A DNA stretch of 64,000 nucleotides from a virus. Taxonomy: Duplodnaviria > Caudoviricetes. The stretch's first letter is position 1. Every line of letters begins with the position of its first letter. Positions 26,631-36,452 of this stretch are shown piece by piece. The stretch is from positions 15,023-79,022 of IMG/VR virus record IMGVR_UViG_2654587921_000002. One strand, written 5' to 3'. A program made the translations under genes and the position numbers. Below the pieces are notes generated by a model. The model did not search any database, was not told where the DNA came from, and saw nothing but the letters and a program-made list of their open reading frames with translations.

Positions 26631-27738
26631 CGGTAAGCCCTCCATAGGTCACAGTGATATTATCAGCTATGGCGACCTGATATTTTTCCAGAGCCGTAAA
26701 AACTGGTGATGTTACTTCCACTCGCCCAGCGCCTGCTGCTCTTGCCCGCCAAATCAATTCAGACGGGTTTTCATCCCGGCCCAGCCTGGATTTCTGCCAC
26801 GCCACGTAATCTGCAACAGCCTGATTTACCGTCACTTGGATATCGGTACTGATTGTTGTGTCATCCTTGTTAATATAGTAGACCATGTTAATATCAAACC
26901 CCACTACTTCTGGAGCCAGCGCTTCCACCTGATCCGTAAGCGGCCGAACTGCCTTATTGGTTACCGCAGAATAAACCAAATCCAATATTTCTGCTCCTGG
27001 TACTTCTCCACCAGCTAGCAGTGGCCGTAATTCAACTTTTCCTGGTTCTGGACTGCGCACCGACACGTCAACAATGGTTTGCGATGCCGACATAGCCCAG
27101 AAACGGTATGCTCCATCCGGTCCGGCAGTGCTAAAGGATTCCGGCGCCAGGCGGATCCGTTCGCGGTAGGCGTCGTCAGTTTCTTCATCGGCGCCGCCTT
27201 CGCTCTCCGTGGTATTCGCGATAGACTGCACCCATGGAAGCGGGTCGACCAATTGGTTAACCTGTCCAGGGACATAACCATTGCCGGCGTCTCCCGCAGT
27301 CAGGCAGGCAGCCGCCGTATCGCCATATAAAGCACCGATCGGGATAGTAACCGGACTTGAAACCTGAAATACTATGCCGTTCGCCGTCGTACCTCTGATG
27401 CCAGCCGGGATAGTCACTGCTTGTGGCTGAGCAGCTGACAAATTAAACCGGATAGTTGTTTCCGCCGGCGATGCCGCTAGGCGGGTAACGCCGACCAGGA
27501 CGCCGAGATGGTCCAAGTTGTCGCCCACGGCATAGGCCAGTAGATTTTGTTTAGCAGAGTAATCTATTAACACCCGCTGTTGAATTATAATAGCGGCAAC
27601 AGATTGCAAAAATAGCCGGACCGGATCACCCTGGGCGAGTGTCCGGCCGGCTATGGCTTCATACATGGTTATCACTGAAGCTTCTATGTGCGCGGCGTCA
27701 GTGTCAGTAAAACTGATAGATGGTAGATTTGCCAGCAC
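26623..27738 (-). CDS. Baseplate J
   Basis: GGADEETDDAYRERI, STAGPDGAY. Confidence 0.92.
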   Translation of the reverse strand: MLANLPSISFTDTDAAHIEASVITMYEAIAGRTLAQGDPVRLFLQSVAAIIIQQRVLIDYSAKQNLLAYAVGDNLDHLGVLVGVTRLAASPAETTIRFNLSAAQPQAVTIPAGIRGTTANGIVFQVSSPVTIPIGALYGDTAAACLTAGDAGNGYVPGQVNQLVDPLPWVQSIANTTESEGGADEETDDAYRERIRLAPESFSTAGPDGAYRFWAMSASQTIVDVSVRSPEPGKVELRPLLAGGEVPGAEILDLVYSAVTNKAVRPLTDQVEALAPEVVGFDINMVYYINKDDTTISTDIQVTVNQAVADYVAWQKSRLGRDENPSELIWRARAAGAGRVEVTSPVFTALEKYQVAIADNITVTYGGLTDG

Positions 27739-27740
27739 TC

Positions 27741-28574
27741 TTATCCCTCCCTTAGCTTCTGCACCACTTGTAGCACTGTACCGGCTGCCTTTGAACCATA
27801 GATAGATTTCGCCGCAGTCGGTTTGTCAGCCGACGTACTTCCCAACGTATCCAGCACACTAATTGCCGTGCCCATCGGGTCGCTTTTAGCGCTTACAGAC
27901 AAATTAGCCACATCTAACCCCATACGGATATAACTGGCTGTCGCTGCCGCTGAGGCATTGCCGGTCTGCAAATCTGTAGTCGCCGCCAGAATGGATTCCA
28001 TTCCGGTAATGGCCAGCGACGGATCACGCACACAACTAACTGCAATGGTTGCCATTTCAGCAATTTGACTAACAGACAGTCCCGTTTTCCTTGCCGGCTC
28101 TTGAACAGCAGCGGCAACCTTTTCGGCTTTCTCCTTCTGCACAGCCGCTGTGTCCGTTGTTTCCTTCACAGCGTTTGGATCTGGTTCGAGATAGTATTCT
28201 TTCAGGTTAACGTCTACAGCAATATATAGAACAAATCCCTGGTTATCGACATATTTCCAGGCTTCGCTAATACTCTCAATAACGAAATTACTCAGCGTTT
28301 CATTGCCAATAACGAGCGGATGATATTCCCCTTTTTGCACGATTTCTCGCAGTTGCTTAACTTCATTCAACGGATTCAAGCCGTGGAAGGCCGAAAAAAT
28401 AACCTGGAAAGAAATTTCATCCAGGCCGGGAGAGATAAATTCTAATTTTGCTTTTTGCCCAATAATGGCATGTTCCTCAAATTTCGCTGCAGTCTTACGG
28501 CTAAACTCATCAAATGTCCGGGTTTTCTCGACAGACACTTCAAACGTGACCGGCCCAAATGTTCCTATTGCCAA
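27741..28574 (-). CDS. Tail protein (P2 gpU-like) with C-terminal extension
   Basis: IGTFGPV.FEVS...LEFISPGLDEISF...LKEY. Confidence 0.85.
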   Translation of the reverse strand: MAIGTFGPVTFEVSVEKTRTFDEFSRKTAAKFEEHAIIGQKAKLEFISPGLDEISFQVIFSAFHGLNPLNEVKQLREIVQKGEYHPLVIGNETLSNFVIESISEAWKYVDNQGFVLYIAVDVNLKEYYLEPDPNAVKETTDTAAVQKEKAEKVAAAVQEPARKTGLSVSQIAEMATIAVSCVRDPSLAITGMESILAATTDLQTGNASAAATASYIRMGLDVANLSVSAKSDPMGTAISVLDTLGSTSADKPTAAKSIYGSKAAGTVLQVVQKLREG

Positions 28575-28579
28575 TCAGA

Positions 28580-28894
28580 TCACTCCTTTAACCGTAGGCG
28601 AACCGTCGGCTGTAGCCTGCCGTTGATGGGCTCACCGTTGAAGCTAACCCGTGTAACTTCTACTCGGGGCTCAAACTTCTGAACGGCTTGCACGATCTCC
28701 GCCGCCAGCTTCGCCCGTGATACCGGCATAGGCAAGTCCAGCAGTTTGGCATTGACGCCAAAAGACCGGTCTAATGGAACGGAATACACCGGCGTTGCCA
28801 GGATGGTCCGGACGTTCTGAAATATTTCTTCGGCAGTAGTTGCCGGCGCAAAGTTAACGGCTATACTGGCAGCCGCCGTAATTTCGATTTCCAT
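28580..28894 (-). CDS. Baseplate wedge gpW/gp25-like
   Basis: QNVRTILATP..SVPLDRSFG, KFEPRV. Confidence 0.88.
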   Translation of the reverse strand: MEIEITAAASIAVNFAPATTAEEIFQNVRTILATPVYSVPLDRSFGVNAKLLDLPMPVSRAKLAAEIVQAVQKFEPRVEVTRVSFNGEPINGRLQPTVRLRLKE

Positions 28895-28906
28895 CCTTTA
28901 TCCTCC

Positions 28907-29386
28907 TTATGCCGGCTGCCCGGTAGTGCCGCCGCCGGGCTCTACACCGCCGTGGACATGCGTTTTTAATGATACGCCATCAGCAATTACGTCTCCGGTC
29001 ACATTCACGTTGCCGGCCGCTACGATGTTAACCGGCCCCTGCGCGCTTATCATGAGCGTGTGAGTTCCAATGTCATATTCCAGGACGGTGCCGTCCTTAA
29101 AACTGATATGGCGTTTCTCCATATCATCTACCGGCGGCTCATCTACATCCGAATAAAAAGACCCAAGGACAAATCCTTGGGCATTGCCACTCGGTAAAAA
29201 CAGACAGACAACCTGTTCGCCGATATCTGGCATCCACCAGTCTTTATTTTCCTGACTCTGTTGTACAAGTACAGACAGGTCATAGGATACCATGTTCTGT
29301 CGATCACCAAACACCACTTTGACAGTTGCTTTGCCCCGTGACGATACCCGCCCAACTCGAACCAGATTTTTCAATACAGGATCCAT
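28907..29386 (-). CDS. Baseplate assembly/spike protein V
   Basis: MPDIGEQVVCLF, SLKTHVHGGV. Confidence 0.92.
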   Translation of the reverse strand: MDPVLKNLVRVGRVSSRGKATVKVVFGDRQNMVSYDLSVLVQQSQENKDWWMPDIGEQVVCLFLPSGNAQGFVLGSFYSDVDEPPVDDMEKRHISFKDGTVLEYDIGTHTLMISAQGPVNIVAAGNVNVTGDVIADGVSLKTHVHGGVEPGGGTTGQPA

Positions 29387-30399
29387 CAGTATCCCTCCAG
29401 TACCCGGCGCAAGTCAATTTTTACGGTGTAACCGGCGCCGGCGTGGGTTGCTTCTTCAATAAAATATTTGCCATCGAATTTGCCGTAACCTTCAACCATC
29501 ACTGTCCGGGCCGCCAACAGCCGAATATCGCCTAGAAGCGAAAACGACATTTTAGTTTCGCCTTTATTTTGCTTACGAAGTTTTTTCCGAGCCAGCTTTT
29601 CGGCCTTGGCAATACTCTTTACTCGTTGGTTTATCACCAGAGTTTTACCGGTAGCTGGCTTATTGGGCGCCCGGTAGGTATGGGATATGCTTTTCTTACC
29701 TTTAGGGTCGTGATATTCTACTCGACAGGCTGAATACACGTCCCGGGTAGTGGTCGAAAAACTATGATCCAGGATATGCGACTGTCCGCGCTTGATGGTC
29801 AGTACCGGCTCCATGGCTTCATATTTTTCTTCATCAAAAATGACAATCTGCTGGTCAGACACCTTTAAAGACAAACCGGCATCTTCGCAGCGCTGCTGTA
29901 AAAATGCCAGGTCAGACTGTTCGGTTTGCTCTACTCGATCCTCTTCCGGATCGTCGTCCGTGTCGTAAAACAGGGTTAGTCCAGCTTTGGTGGCAATGTC
30001 CCGAGCAATGGTTGACAGTTTTACCTTTTCCCAGCTCCGCGTTTTTTCCTCACCGCGCAGGCTGGCCGATTCCGGCACGGATAACGCCTTTATGGTCACA
30101 GTAGCGGGTGAGGCTTTGCCGTCAATGGCATCAATTTCAAATACGCCCAGCGGCAATTCTTCCGTTTTCTCCTGCTCTGTCCAGTGCTCGGTAACCACGC
30201 TGGCGGTCAACGTGGCGCCCTTATCCGGCAGCCAGTCACCCATCCAAAGCCCTGCACGGTCCTCCAGGCTTATCTGTAAGTCATCAGCCTTGCCGCTGGC
30301 ATGGTCAGTGTAAGACCAACTAAGTAAATAAACAGCCAAGTCTGCCGATATGTCTTTGTTGTTGTAAAGTAGTTTTAGTTTCGCCCTGCGTGCCTGCAT
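29386..30399 (-). CDS. Tail hub/late control protein D-like
   Basis: DDLQISLEDR, EQSDLAFL, G.FDGKYFI; start at MQARR. Confidence 0.9.
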   Translation of the reverse strand: MQARRAKLKLLYNNKDISADLAVYLLSWSYTDHASGKADDLQISLEDRAGLWMGDWLPDKGATLTASVVTEHWTEQEKTEELPLGVFEIDAIDGKASPATVTIKALSVPESASLRGEEKTRSWEKVKLSTIARDIATKAGLTLFYDTDDDPEEDRVEQTEQSDLAFLQQRCEDAGLSLKVSDQQIVIFDEEKYEAMEPVLTIKRGQSHILDHSFSTTTRDVYSACRVEYHDPKGKKSISHTYRAPNKPATGKTLVINQRVKSIAKAEKLARKKLRKQNKGETKMSFSLLGDIRLLAARTVMVEGYGKFDGKYFIEEATHAGAGYTVKIDLRRVLEGY

Positions 30400-30403
30400 A
30401 AGC

Positions 30404-30604
30404 TCACCTCTTCCATGGCGGCAATACCGTAGATGTGGCAGTAGCAACATCGGGAACTTGCAGGGCCACGTCGGCCGAGAAAAACACCGTCTCTCGGTGC
30501 TGCGGATTAGCTTCAATTAGCACCGACATTTTACGCTCGTCCCCGTACATCTTATAAGCAATAATGTCCCATGTATCGCCCAAAGCGGTTACATATTTAC
30601 GCAT
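30404..30604 (-). CDS. Tail protein X
   Basis: GDTWDIIAYKMYG...ANP. Confidence 0.9.
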   Translation of the reverse strand: MRKYVTALGDTWDIIAYKMYGDERKMSVLIEANPQHRETVFFSADVALQVPDVATATSTVLPPWKR

Positions 30605-32888
30605 AGCCTAGTCTCCTTTGTTGTGCCGCCCAGGCATCCATTTTGGTTTTAAAATCCTCAGCTTCATTTCGAATAACTTGGCGCACCTTTGAAGCCACAT
30701 TAGGATCGCCGCCATCTACGGTTACATTCGGAGAATAGACGAAGGTCGGACCGGAACCATTACTCGCCGGACTATCAACAAAATCCTGAAACAGTGATCC
30801 ACCACCAAGCCCCATCATCTGTCCTGCTGTCGCCCAGAGGGACAGCGCCCGTGAGCTACCATCAAGCGGAATAACCGCTTCCGGACCTTTCTCTGCAAAC
30901 AATCCAATGTGTGGGCTTGTGGCAATCGTACCATTAGCATAAGCTGGTATTTGCATGGATACATCGGCGGCCGCGACACTGCCACCACCGGTAAACAGGT
31001 TTTTTACCCAGGCTGCTTTTTCTCCGAGCCAGTCAAAGGCCCGGCCAAACCGGTTATAAATCCCGTCGACAAACGCCTGCAGTGCTGCTGCCGGATCATC
31101 CCAGAACCTTGTCCACCATCCTTTTACAGTGTCCCAGTTCTTAATAAGATAATATCCGGCTGCCACTAATCCGCCAATGCCAACGATTAACATACCAATA
31201 GGATTTGCCGTCATAGCCAAGTTCCATGCCCACTGCGCACCAGTCCATACCCTAGTTACTCCTGCCGCTGAACCCGCAATACTAAGAAAAGTTGCCATGC
31301 GCCCTACATATAGCAAGCCGGCGCCGGCTCCTCTTGCAACATTCCAAGCCCACTGTGCTACTGTCCATGCTTTCTGCGCTGCACCTATTTTGGTCATCCA
31401 TCCGTACATGCTTACGAATGGAGAGATTACCGCCCAACCAGCCCAGGTCATGGCGCTCAAAGCGACCGTGCCGCCCAGGACCGCTGCTGTCAGCTTAACT
31501 ACCCAACTGCTTAGAGTCGGATATTCTTGGCTCATTTTAACTAGCCATTCCGTTCCATTGCTTACTGCACCAGCTAATTTATTTATTTCTGGCAATAGTA
31601 CTGAGCCGAAAGTAATAGCTGTGCGGACAGCTGAAGCTTTAAGACCTCTTAGTTGGCTTTCCGTGTTTTGCAGTTGAATAGCAAATTCTTTGGACATACT
31701 GCCTTTGGCTTCATCGGAATTGCCCATCTTGATAACTCGCAAAAATTCTTCATAGTTACCAGAAATTTTGGAGAGATTATCAACATGCTCAGCTCCAAAC
31801 AACTCAGCCAAAACATTGTTTCGGGTCGCCGCATCAAGACCGCCAATGCGTTCAAACAGATTCATAATAGTGCCTTCGGCGTCTTTGAGTGCGCCAGATT
31901 GCAATTCCTCTGCTGTCAACCCAACTTCAGCAAGTGCACCCTTGAATTTTTTCGATTGCGTAGGTGCTGCCGCAACTTTTGTAAATAATGCATTAAGCGC
32001 AGTACCAGCAGTCTCACCTGTTTCACCCATTTGCAGCATAGCAGTAGCCATTCCGGCTAGCGTGGTCCGAGACATTGTAGGTATCAGGGATGTCGCTGTG
32101 CCAGCTGTTCGCTTCAATACCTGTATAATATCGGCACCAGCCGCATTCGACCGGTCATCCAGATAATTGACAGTATCGGCCAATGCTTCCAGCTGGGCAA
32201 TACCTTCTGTAGTTTGCAAGCTAATACCCATGGCGCTGCCTATTTTGGCAAAATCCTCAGTAACCTGTTCCGCTGGTGCCTCAAAAGCCGTCCCCATCAT
32301 AATGCCCATCCGCGCGAACTTATCAATATTTTGCATCCCTTGCACGCCAGACTTAGCAGACATGGCAAACGCCTTAGCCATGTCATCCGGCATAATCATC
32401 ATGTCTTTACTGGCCTGCATAACCTGGCTTTGCGCCTGGTAGTAAACATCAGTAAGTTGCCCTGCGTCATCCCGGGCACCGTCAACCTGCTTGGCTACGC
32501 CGGACATGGCGGATTCGAAATTTATAGCTGAATACACTGGACCGCCAACTGCCACAGCAGTTTCAACAGCCCCAGCCATATTCGCTCGGGCATCACTACG
32601 GGACTGACTTACTTTGTTCTGCAAAGCAAAAGCCTTGGCATAACTCTTTTGTGCTTGCTCCGCTTTTGCCGTTTGTGCCGTCAGTTTTCTATAGGCGTTA
32701 CTGTATTCTCCCGCTGTCAGCACGTTCTTTTTTTGCTGGGCATCAAGCTCTCTCATCTGGCCTTTTAACGATGACACCCGGGTATTAAGCTGTGTCATGC
32801 GGTCAGAGGCAGAAGAAAAGCTGCGGTTGAAGTTAGAGCCCATACGAGCCATAATATTAAATGCAATTTCATGCATGCGACCAGCCAT
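30597..32888 (-). CDS. Tape measure protein
   Basis: FESAMSGV.K, W/A-rich repeats NPIG, YANGTI...EKGPEAVIPL. Confidence 0.93.
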   Translation of the reverse strand: MAGRMHEIAFNIMARMGSNFNRSFSSASDRMTQLNTRVSSLKGQMRELDAQQKKNVLTAGEYSNAYRKLTAQTAKAEQAQKSYAKAFALQNKVSQSRSDARANMAGAVETAVAVGGPVYSAINFESAMSGVAKQVDGARDDAGQLTDVYYQAQSQVMQASKDMMIMPDDMAKAFAMSAKSGVQGMQNIDKFARMGIMMGTAFEAPAEQVTEDFAKIGSAMGISLQTTEGIAQLEALADTVNYLDDRSNAAGADIIQVLKRTAGTATSLIPTMSRTTLAGMATAMLQMGETGETAGTALNALFTKVAAAPTQSKKFKGALAEVGLTAEELQSGALKDAEGTIMNLFERIGGLDAATRNNVLAELFGAEHVDNLSKISGNYEEFLRVIKMGNSDEAKGSMSKEFAIQLQNTESQLRGLKASAVRTAITFGSVLLPEINKLAGAVSNGTEWLVKMSQEYPTLSSWVVKLTAAVLGGTVALSAMTWAGWAVISPFVSMYGWMTKIGAAQKAWTVAQWAWNVARGAGAGLLYVGRMATFLSIAGSAAGVTRVWTGAQWAWNLAMTANPIGMLIVGIGGLVAAGYYLIKNWDTVKGWWTRFWDDPAAALQAFVDGIYNRFGRAFDWLGEKAAWVKNLFTGGGSVAAADVSMQIPAYANGTIATSPHIGLFAEKGPEAVIPLDGSSRALSLWATAGQMMGLGGGSLFQDFVDSPASNGSGPTFVYSPNVTVDGGDPNVASKVRQVIRNEAEDFKTKMDAWAAQQRRLGYA

Positions 32889-33058
32889 TACTTCTGCCTC
32901 CTTTGCGCATCATTAATGGTTTCAATCCAGGCTTCAAGTTCTGGGAAAGGCATGCTTAGCCAATATGTAACCGAAGTCCGCGCTTCTCTGGACAATCGCA
33001 GTGCCACTGCTCTGATTGTCTTGGCCGGTTTAGCGCCCAATCCTATTCGAGCAAAAAA
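32888..33058 (-). CDS. Tail chaperone -1 frameshift extension (gpE'-like)
   Basis: Slippery TTTTTTG at 33052-33058; the -1 frame is open (FARIGLGAK...YWLSMPFPELEAW) up to the TAA abutting the tape measure ATG. Confidence 0.8.
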   Translation of the reverse strand, partial: FFARIGLGAKPAKTIRAVALRLSREARTSVTYWLSMPFPELEAWIETINDAQRRQK

Positions 33059-33372
33059 CTTTGCACTTCTCCAGTAACACTGCTAAATTCTTTGGCCGGT
33101 AGCGCTTGTATCAAGTCGACTGAAACACCAGCCGCTTTAGCTGCAATGATGGCCTGGTAAGCCTTCGCTGACTCTAGCATTATGGCGCGTACTCCCATAG
33201 CCCGCGCTTCGGCTTCAGCGTCAATTACATCCTTGCCGGTTAATTTGTCCAAATCTAACTTGATTTCGGTATATTTATTGCCTTCAAATACAAACGGCTT
33301 TCTAAACGGAATCGTGATATTTCCCGTGGTAGTGTCTTGGTTTTCACTAGCAGTACCTTCCTGGTTTTTCAT
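33043..33372 (-). CDS. Tail assembly chaperone (gpE-like)
   Basis: LDLDKLTGKD, LPAKEF; position between tube and tape measure. Confidence 0.88.
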   Translation of the reverse strand: MKNQEGTASENQDTTTGNITIPFRKPFVFEGNKYTEIKLDLDKLTGKDVIDAEAEARAMGVRAIMLESAKAYQAIIAAKAAGVSVDLIQALPAKEFSSVTGEVQSFLLE

Positions 33373-33385
33373 TTCATATTCCTCC

Positions 33386-33414
33386 TTGCTATTTACCTGT
33401 ATTTCACATATACT
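33386..33414 (+). promoter_or_regulatory. SigA promoter of the antisense moron
   Basis: TTGCTA-17 bp-TATACT. Confidence 0.65.
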
Positions 33415-33432
33415 GGAAGTGAGGTGAAAGAC

Positions 33433-33648
33433 ATGGACATTCTACATATGCTCTTGCGCATAATAGTCTTAGCAATATCCATACCTTTCGGCCTGCTGGC
33501 CGCTTTGATACCTGGCTACGCCGCCGGACAGATCGTAGCGATGATCGGCCTACCGGCTGAAATTGGTTACTATCTGGTGGGCGGACTGGTGCTGGTAGTG
33601 TTTTGTGCCTACTTCCAGGACCGGATCACGCCACCGAAAAACGCATAA
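33433..33648 (+). CDS. Small two-TM membrane moron inside the tail operon
   Basis: GAGGTG RBS, hydrophobic 71 aa, own promoter and terminator (AGGCCGTACC..GGTACGGCCT, 33661-33687). Confidence 0.75.
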   Translation: MDILHMLLRIIVLAISIPFGLLAALIPGYAAGQIVAMIGLPAEIGYYLVGGLVLVVFCAYFQDRITPPKNA

Positions 33649-33691
33649 ACGAAATTATTCAGGCCGTACCCGGTTAAGGTACGGCCTTTTA

Positions 33692-34210
33692 TTATCCACC
33701 AAGCGCCAGGCGAACGGCGGCGAGATAATCCACCCCATCAATCTTGCAGATAAAATTCAGCTTGTCGATTTCGATGTATTCTTTGCCGTCATACCAAACC
33801 TTATAATAGGTTACTTCCAGCGTATTAGAACTGTCTGTTGGGGAACCGACTTCTAGCTTGCCGGGCTCCGTGCTTTTCGGTATGCCGTTGACCGTCACTC
33901 GCAGCGGCACTGCCCGGTAGGTGCCGTTGGCTGCGTCATGCACCTGAATTGCACCCCGCAAATCGAGCTGGTGAACTTTCGGAGCTGCAAGAGAAAGTGA
34001 TTTCGGTGTCGGTGTGCGCCATGACAATGAAAGTTCCATGCTGCTATAATGACCGATAACCGGGCTGTCGTATTCGCCAGCAATGCCGGCGCCTTTGACA
34101 GTTTCCGTCATTGCTTCTAATTTCGGCAATTCTGCATCAACGAGGCCGACAAAGTTTGTTCCATTTTCATATGCCCGGAAATTGATTAGTTTTTCAGGGA
34201 TTCGATTCAT
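33692..34210 (-). CDS. Major tail tube (P2 FII-like)
   Basis: IPEKLINF, GAGIAGE, EIDKLN. Confidence 0.92.
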   Translation of the reverse strand: MNRIPEKLINFRAYENGTNFVGLVDAELPKLEAMTETVKGAGIAGEYDSPVIGHYSSMELSLSWRTPTPKSLSLAAPKVHQLDLRGAIQVHDAANGTYRAVPLRVTVNGIPKSTEPGKLEVGSPTDSSNTLEVTYYKVWYDGKEYIEIDKLNFICKIDGVDYLAAVRLALGG

Positions 34211-34230
34211 ACATAAGCCTCCTTTCTTAG

Positions 34231-35691
34231 TTAATCAAACAGTGTGCTGAAATAGGACACATCATATTCGATTACTTCCTCGATATCCTCGGCCGGAGGA
34301 GGTGGTGCAACATAATAGTGCAAGCGAAAAACCCCGTTCAGCAAGTCTGTTACGGGGTTTTCTGATTCTAAAAACTCAACCCGCCCGCCAAGAATTTTCT
34401 CCGTGGCCGCAAGGCCGTTAAACCAGATATTGGCGCTATCCACGAGCGTATCCACCAATCGGCGATTGGTCGGATCATCAACTTTTTGCCAATGGGTCAG
34501 TACTAAGGTGTTTGCAATCCAGTTAAACATGCGCCGTACCGGAATAAAGGCGTCTTTAATGTCAGTGTTACTCGGGTATGCGCCGGTACGGTTCCCCCAA
34601 AGTTTCCAGCCACCAATAAAGTTTAGTGCGGTAACAATTCCCTGGCCGTTTAGGTAGTTAGCCTGAATCAAGTCAAGATACACTTTTTTACCGTCTGCTG
34701 TCAGCGCCATGTTAGCTTGCAGGGATTTATTAGACGGCGACTTATATGGAATATCGTCATTGGCCGCATCCGTCTGGCAACAAATCCCGGCCAGTTGCGT
34801 ACTGAGATGAAACTGTTTGCCGCTTAAAGCAACTTTCGGCCAACAGACTATGAGCTGTGGGTCAATATAATTGTTATTGGTTTTCCAAGCTGGCACCTGA
34901 GTATATTGCGTAGCCGCATCTTCACCGGTTGTGGGTATATCGGCAATCGCCGTCGCCTGAAATACGCCGTTAATGCTGCCAGACTTGGCATGCAGTACTG
35001 CAGCTACCAGCGGATCCGTAGACCAGCCGGGGGCTAAAACTTGTCCAGGGACAAGTTGAAACATCGGATACACCCGGGCAACCAGTTCTAAACCCTCTGG
35101 CTCACCAGTGGTGATGTCGATACCGCCAACAATGTCGTCACTATCGACCATATCCGGCTTCAGTTTGGTGTAACTCAAAACTAAAGACGTTTTCTCGGCC
35201 GTAATTTCGCCACCCTCGACGGGGGTAATAACAACATTGAGCTCGTCATTGTAACCAGCAACATAGTCTGTGCCTTTTACTAACGGTTGTCCGGCTTCGA
35301 CCAGTTTAACTACCAGTGTACCCAAAAGGACTGGCTCGCCAGAGATAATGGCCGTACCGTCAGCAATGTTTACGGATTTATTGGTTACAGCTTCTTTATG
35401 CACCGCCGGGTCAAGTACGTTAATCAATACCACCGGAGCCACATTAAATAGGGAAAAATGACTGTAAATAAACTCGCAGAGAGTGTATTTATCCCAGTCA
35501 TTTGAATACCCGAAAGCCTTGACTGCCTCGGCGTAGGAATAACAAAGTACCGGATTATTCGCCCCTGCTGGTTCACTGGCAAGGTGAAGCGGCGCTGTAC
35601 CGAATACAACTGGTAGCCCCGCTGATGTTTTCACCGGTGGAATAATAGATGTTGGTACTTCTGAAGGAAATACGCCATGTTTATACGTCAC
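34231..35691 (-). CDS. Tail sheath
   Basis: YKHGV, LNGQGIVT, GWKLWGNRT, FIPVRR. Confidence 0.93.
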   Translation of the reverse strand: MTYKHGVFPSEVPTSIIPPVKTSAGLPVVFGTAPLHLASEPAGANNPVLCYSYAEAVKAFGYSNDWDKYTLCEFIYSHFSLFNVAPVVLINVLDPAVHKEAVTNKSVNIADGTAIISGEPVLLGTLVVKLVEAGQPLVKGTDYVAGYNDELNVVITPVEGGEITAEKTSLVLSYTKLKPDMVDSDDIVGGIDITTGEPEGLELVARVYPMFQLVPGQVLAPGWSTDPLVAAVLHAKSGSINGVFQATAIADIPTTGEDAATQYTQVPAWKTNNNYIDPQLIVCWPKVALSGKQFHLSTQLAGICCQTDAANDDIPYKSPSNKSLQANMALTADGKKVYLDLIQANYLNGQGIVTALNFIGGWKLWGNRTGAYPSNTDIKDAFIPVRRMFNWIANTLVLTHWQKVDDPTNRRLVDTLVDSANIWFNGLAATEKILGGRVEFLESENPVTDLLNGVFRLHYYVAPPPPAEDIEEVIEYDVSYFSTLFD

Positions 35692-35977
35692 GTTTCAAGC
35701 CTCCTTCCTGGATGAATTTCTGGATTTCCTTATACCGCAGGTTTTCCAGTGAACCTGATGATTGAATAGCTGTGGTGACGGCTTGCAGCTTGGCCGGTGG
35801 CACAAATAGCGATTTTATCCCTGGACACTTTTCAACCACATCTTTCAGATGCTCCGGAATCCCGCCTTTATAGATGGTATGCCGCTGCAGCAGTCCGCCA
35901 GGCAGGCTGGGGCCGCAATAAATAAAGCGCTCCGTTTTCACGGGCGCTTGTTCTTTCTTATTAGCCATAATATGCAT
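35681..35977 (-). CDS. Hypothetical virion protein
   Basis: IYCGPSLP motif; position in the head-tail cluster. Confidence 0.7.
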   Translation of the reverse strand: MHIMANKKEQAPVKTERFIYCGPSLPGGLLQRHTIYKGGIPEHLKDVVEKCPGIKSLFVPPAKLQAVTTAIQSSGSLENLRYKEIQKFIQEGGLKRDV

Positions 35978-36452
35978 CTTCCTCCATTTCCGTTAGAATC
36001 GGCCGACCGATGGCCCATGTAGTAGTCATCCAGGCAATCCAATACGGCCAAGGCTGTTCGTCCGGTTGCTCCCACTTAATGGGTAATTGCAAATCGAAAT
36101 GTCTAGCCAGCGGCCGGCGCGTGATGATAGCCTGCCGGATCCGTTCCAATACATTCAGTGGGTCCCGCCAGCCCTGGCCATGTTTTGAGTAGGTCGTTGC
36201 AATCAGTCGAACAGTGGCCGTACCGACATCCTGGGTATCTTCTCCTGAGCGGAAGCGGACCAGAACAAATGGTACTGCTCTTGCAAATTCATCGTCCGGC
36301 GGTTTCCCTGGTCGCGGTTCGTCATCATCCAAAAAACCAGCAACTACGGACGGCGGACGCGGCGGTCCAGTTTTGGCCTCCAGGACTAATTCGGCAGTGG
36401 CGTCGGTAATTAACTTACATAATTCGTCGACTAAGATAAGCGGTGTACTCAT
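35961..36452 (-). CDS. Putative tail terminator/completion protein
   Basis: PFVLVR, QPWPYW; position before the sheath gene. Confidence 0.65.
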   Translation of the reverse strand: MSTPLILVDELCKLITDATAELVLEAKTGPPRPPSVVAGFLDDDEPRPGKPPDDEFARAVPFVLVRFRSGEDTQDVGTATVRLIATTYSKHGQGWRDPLNVLERIRQAIITRRPLARHFDLQLPIKWEQPDEQPWPYWIAWMTTTWAIGRPILTEMEEDAYYG

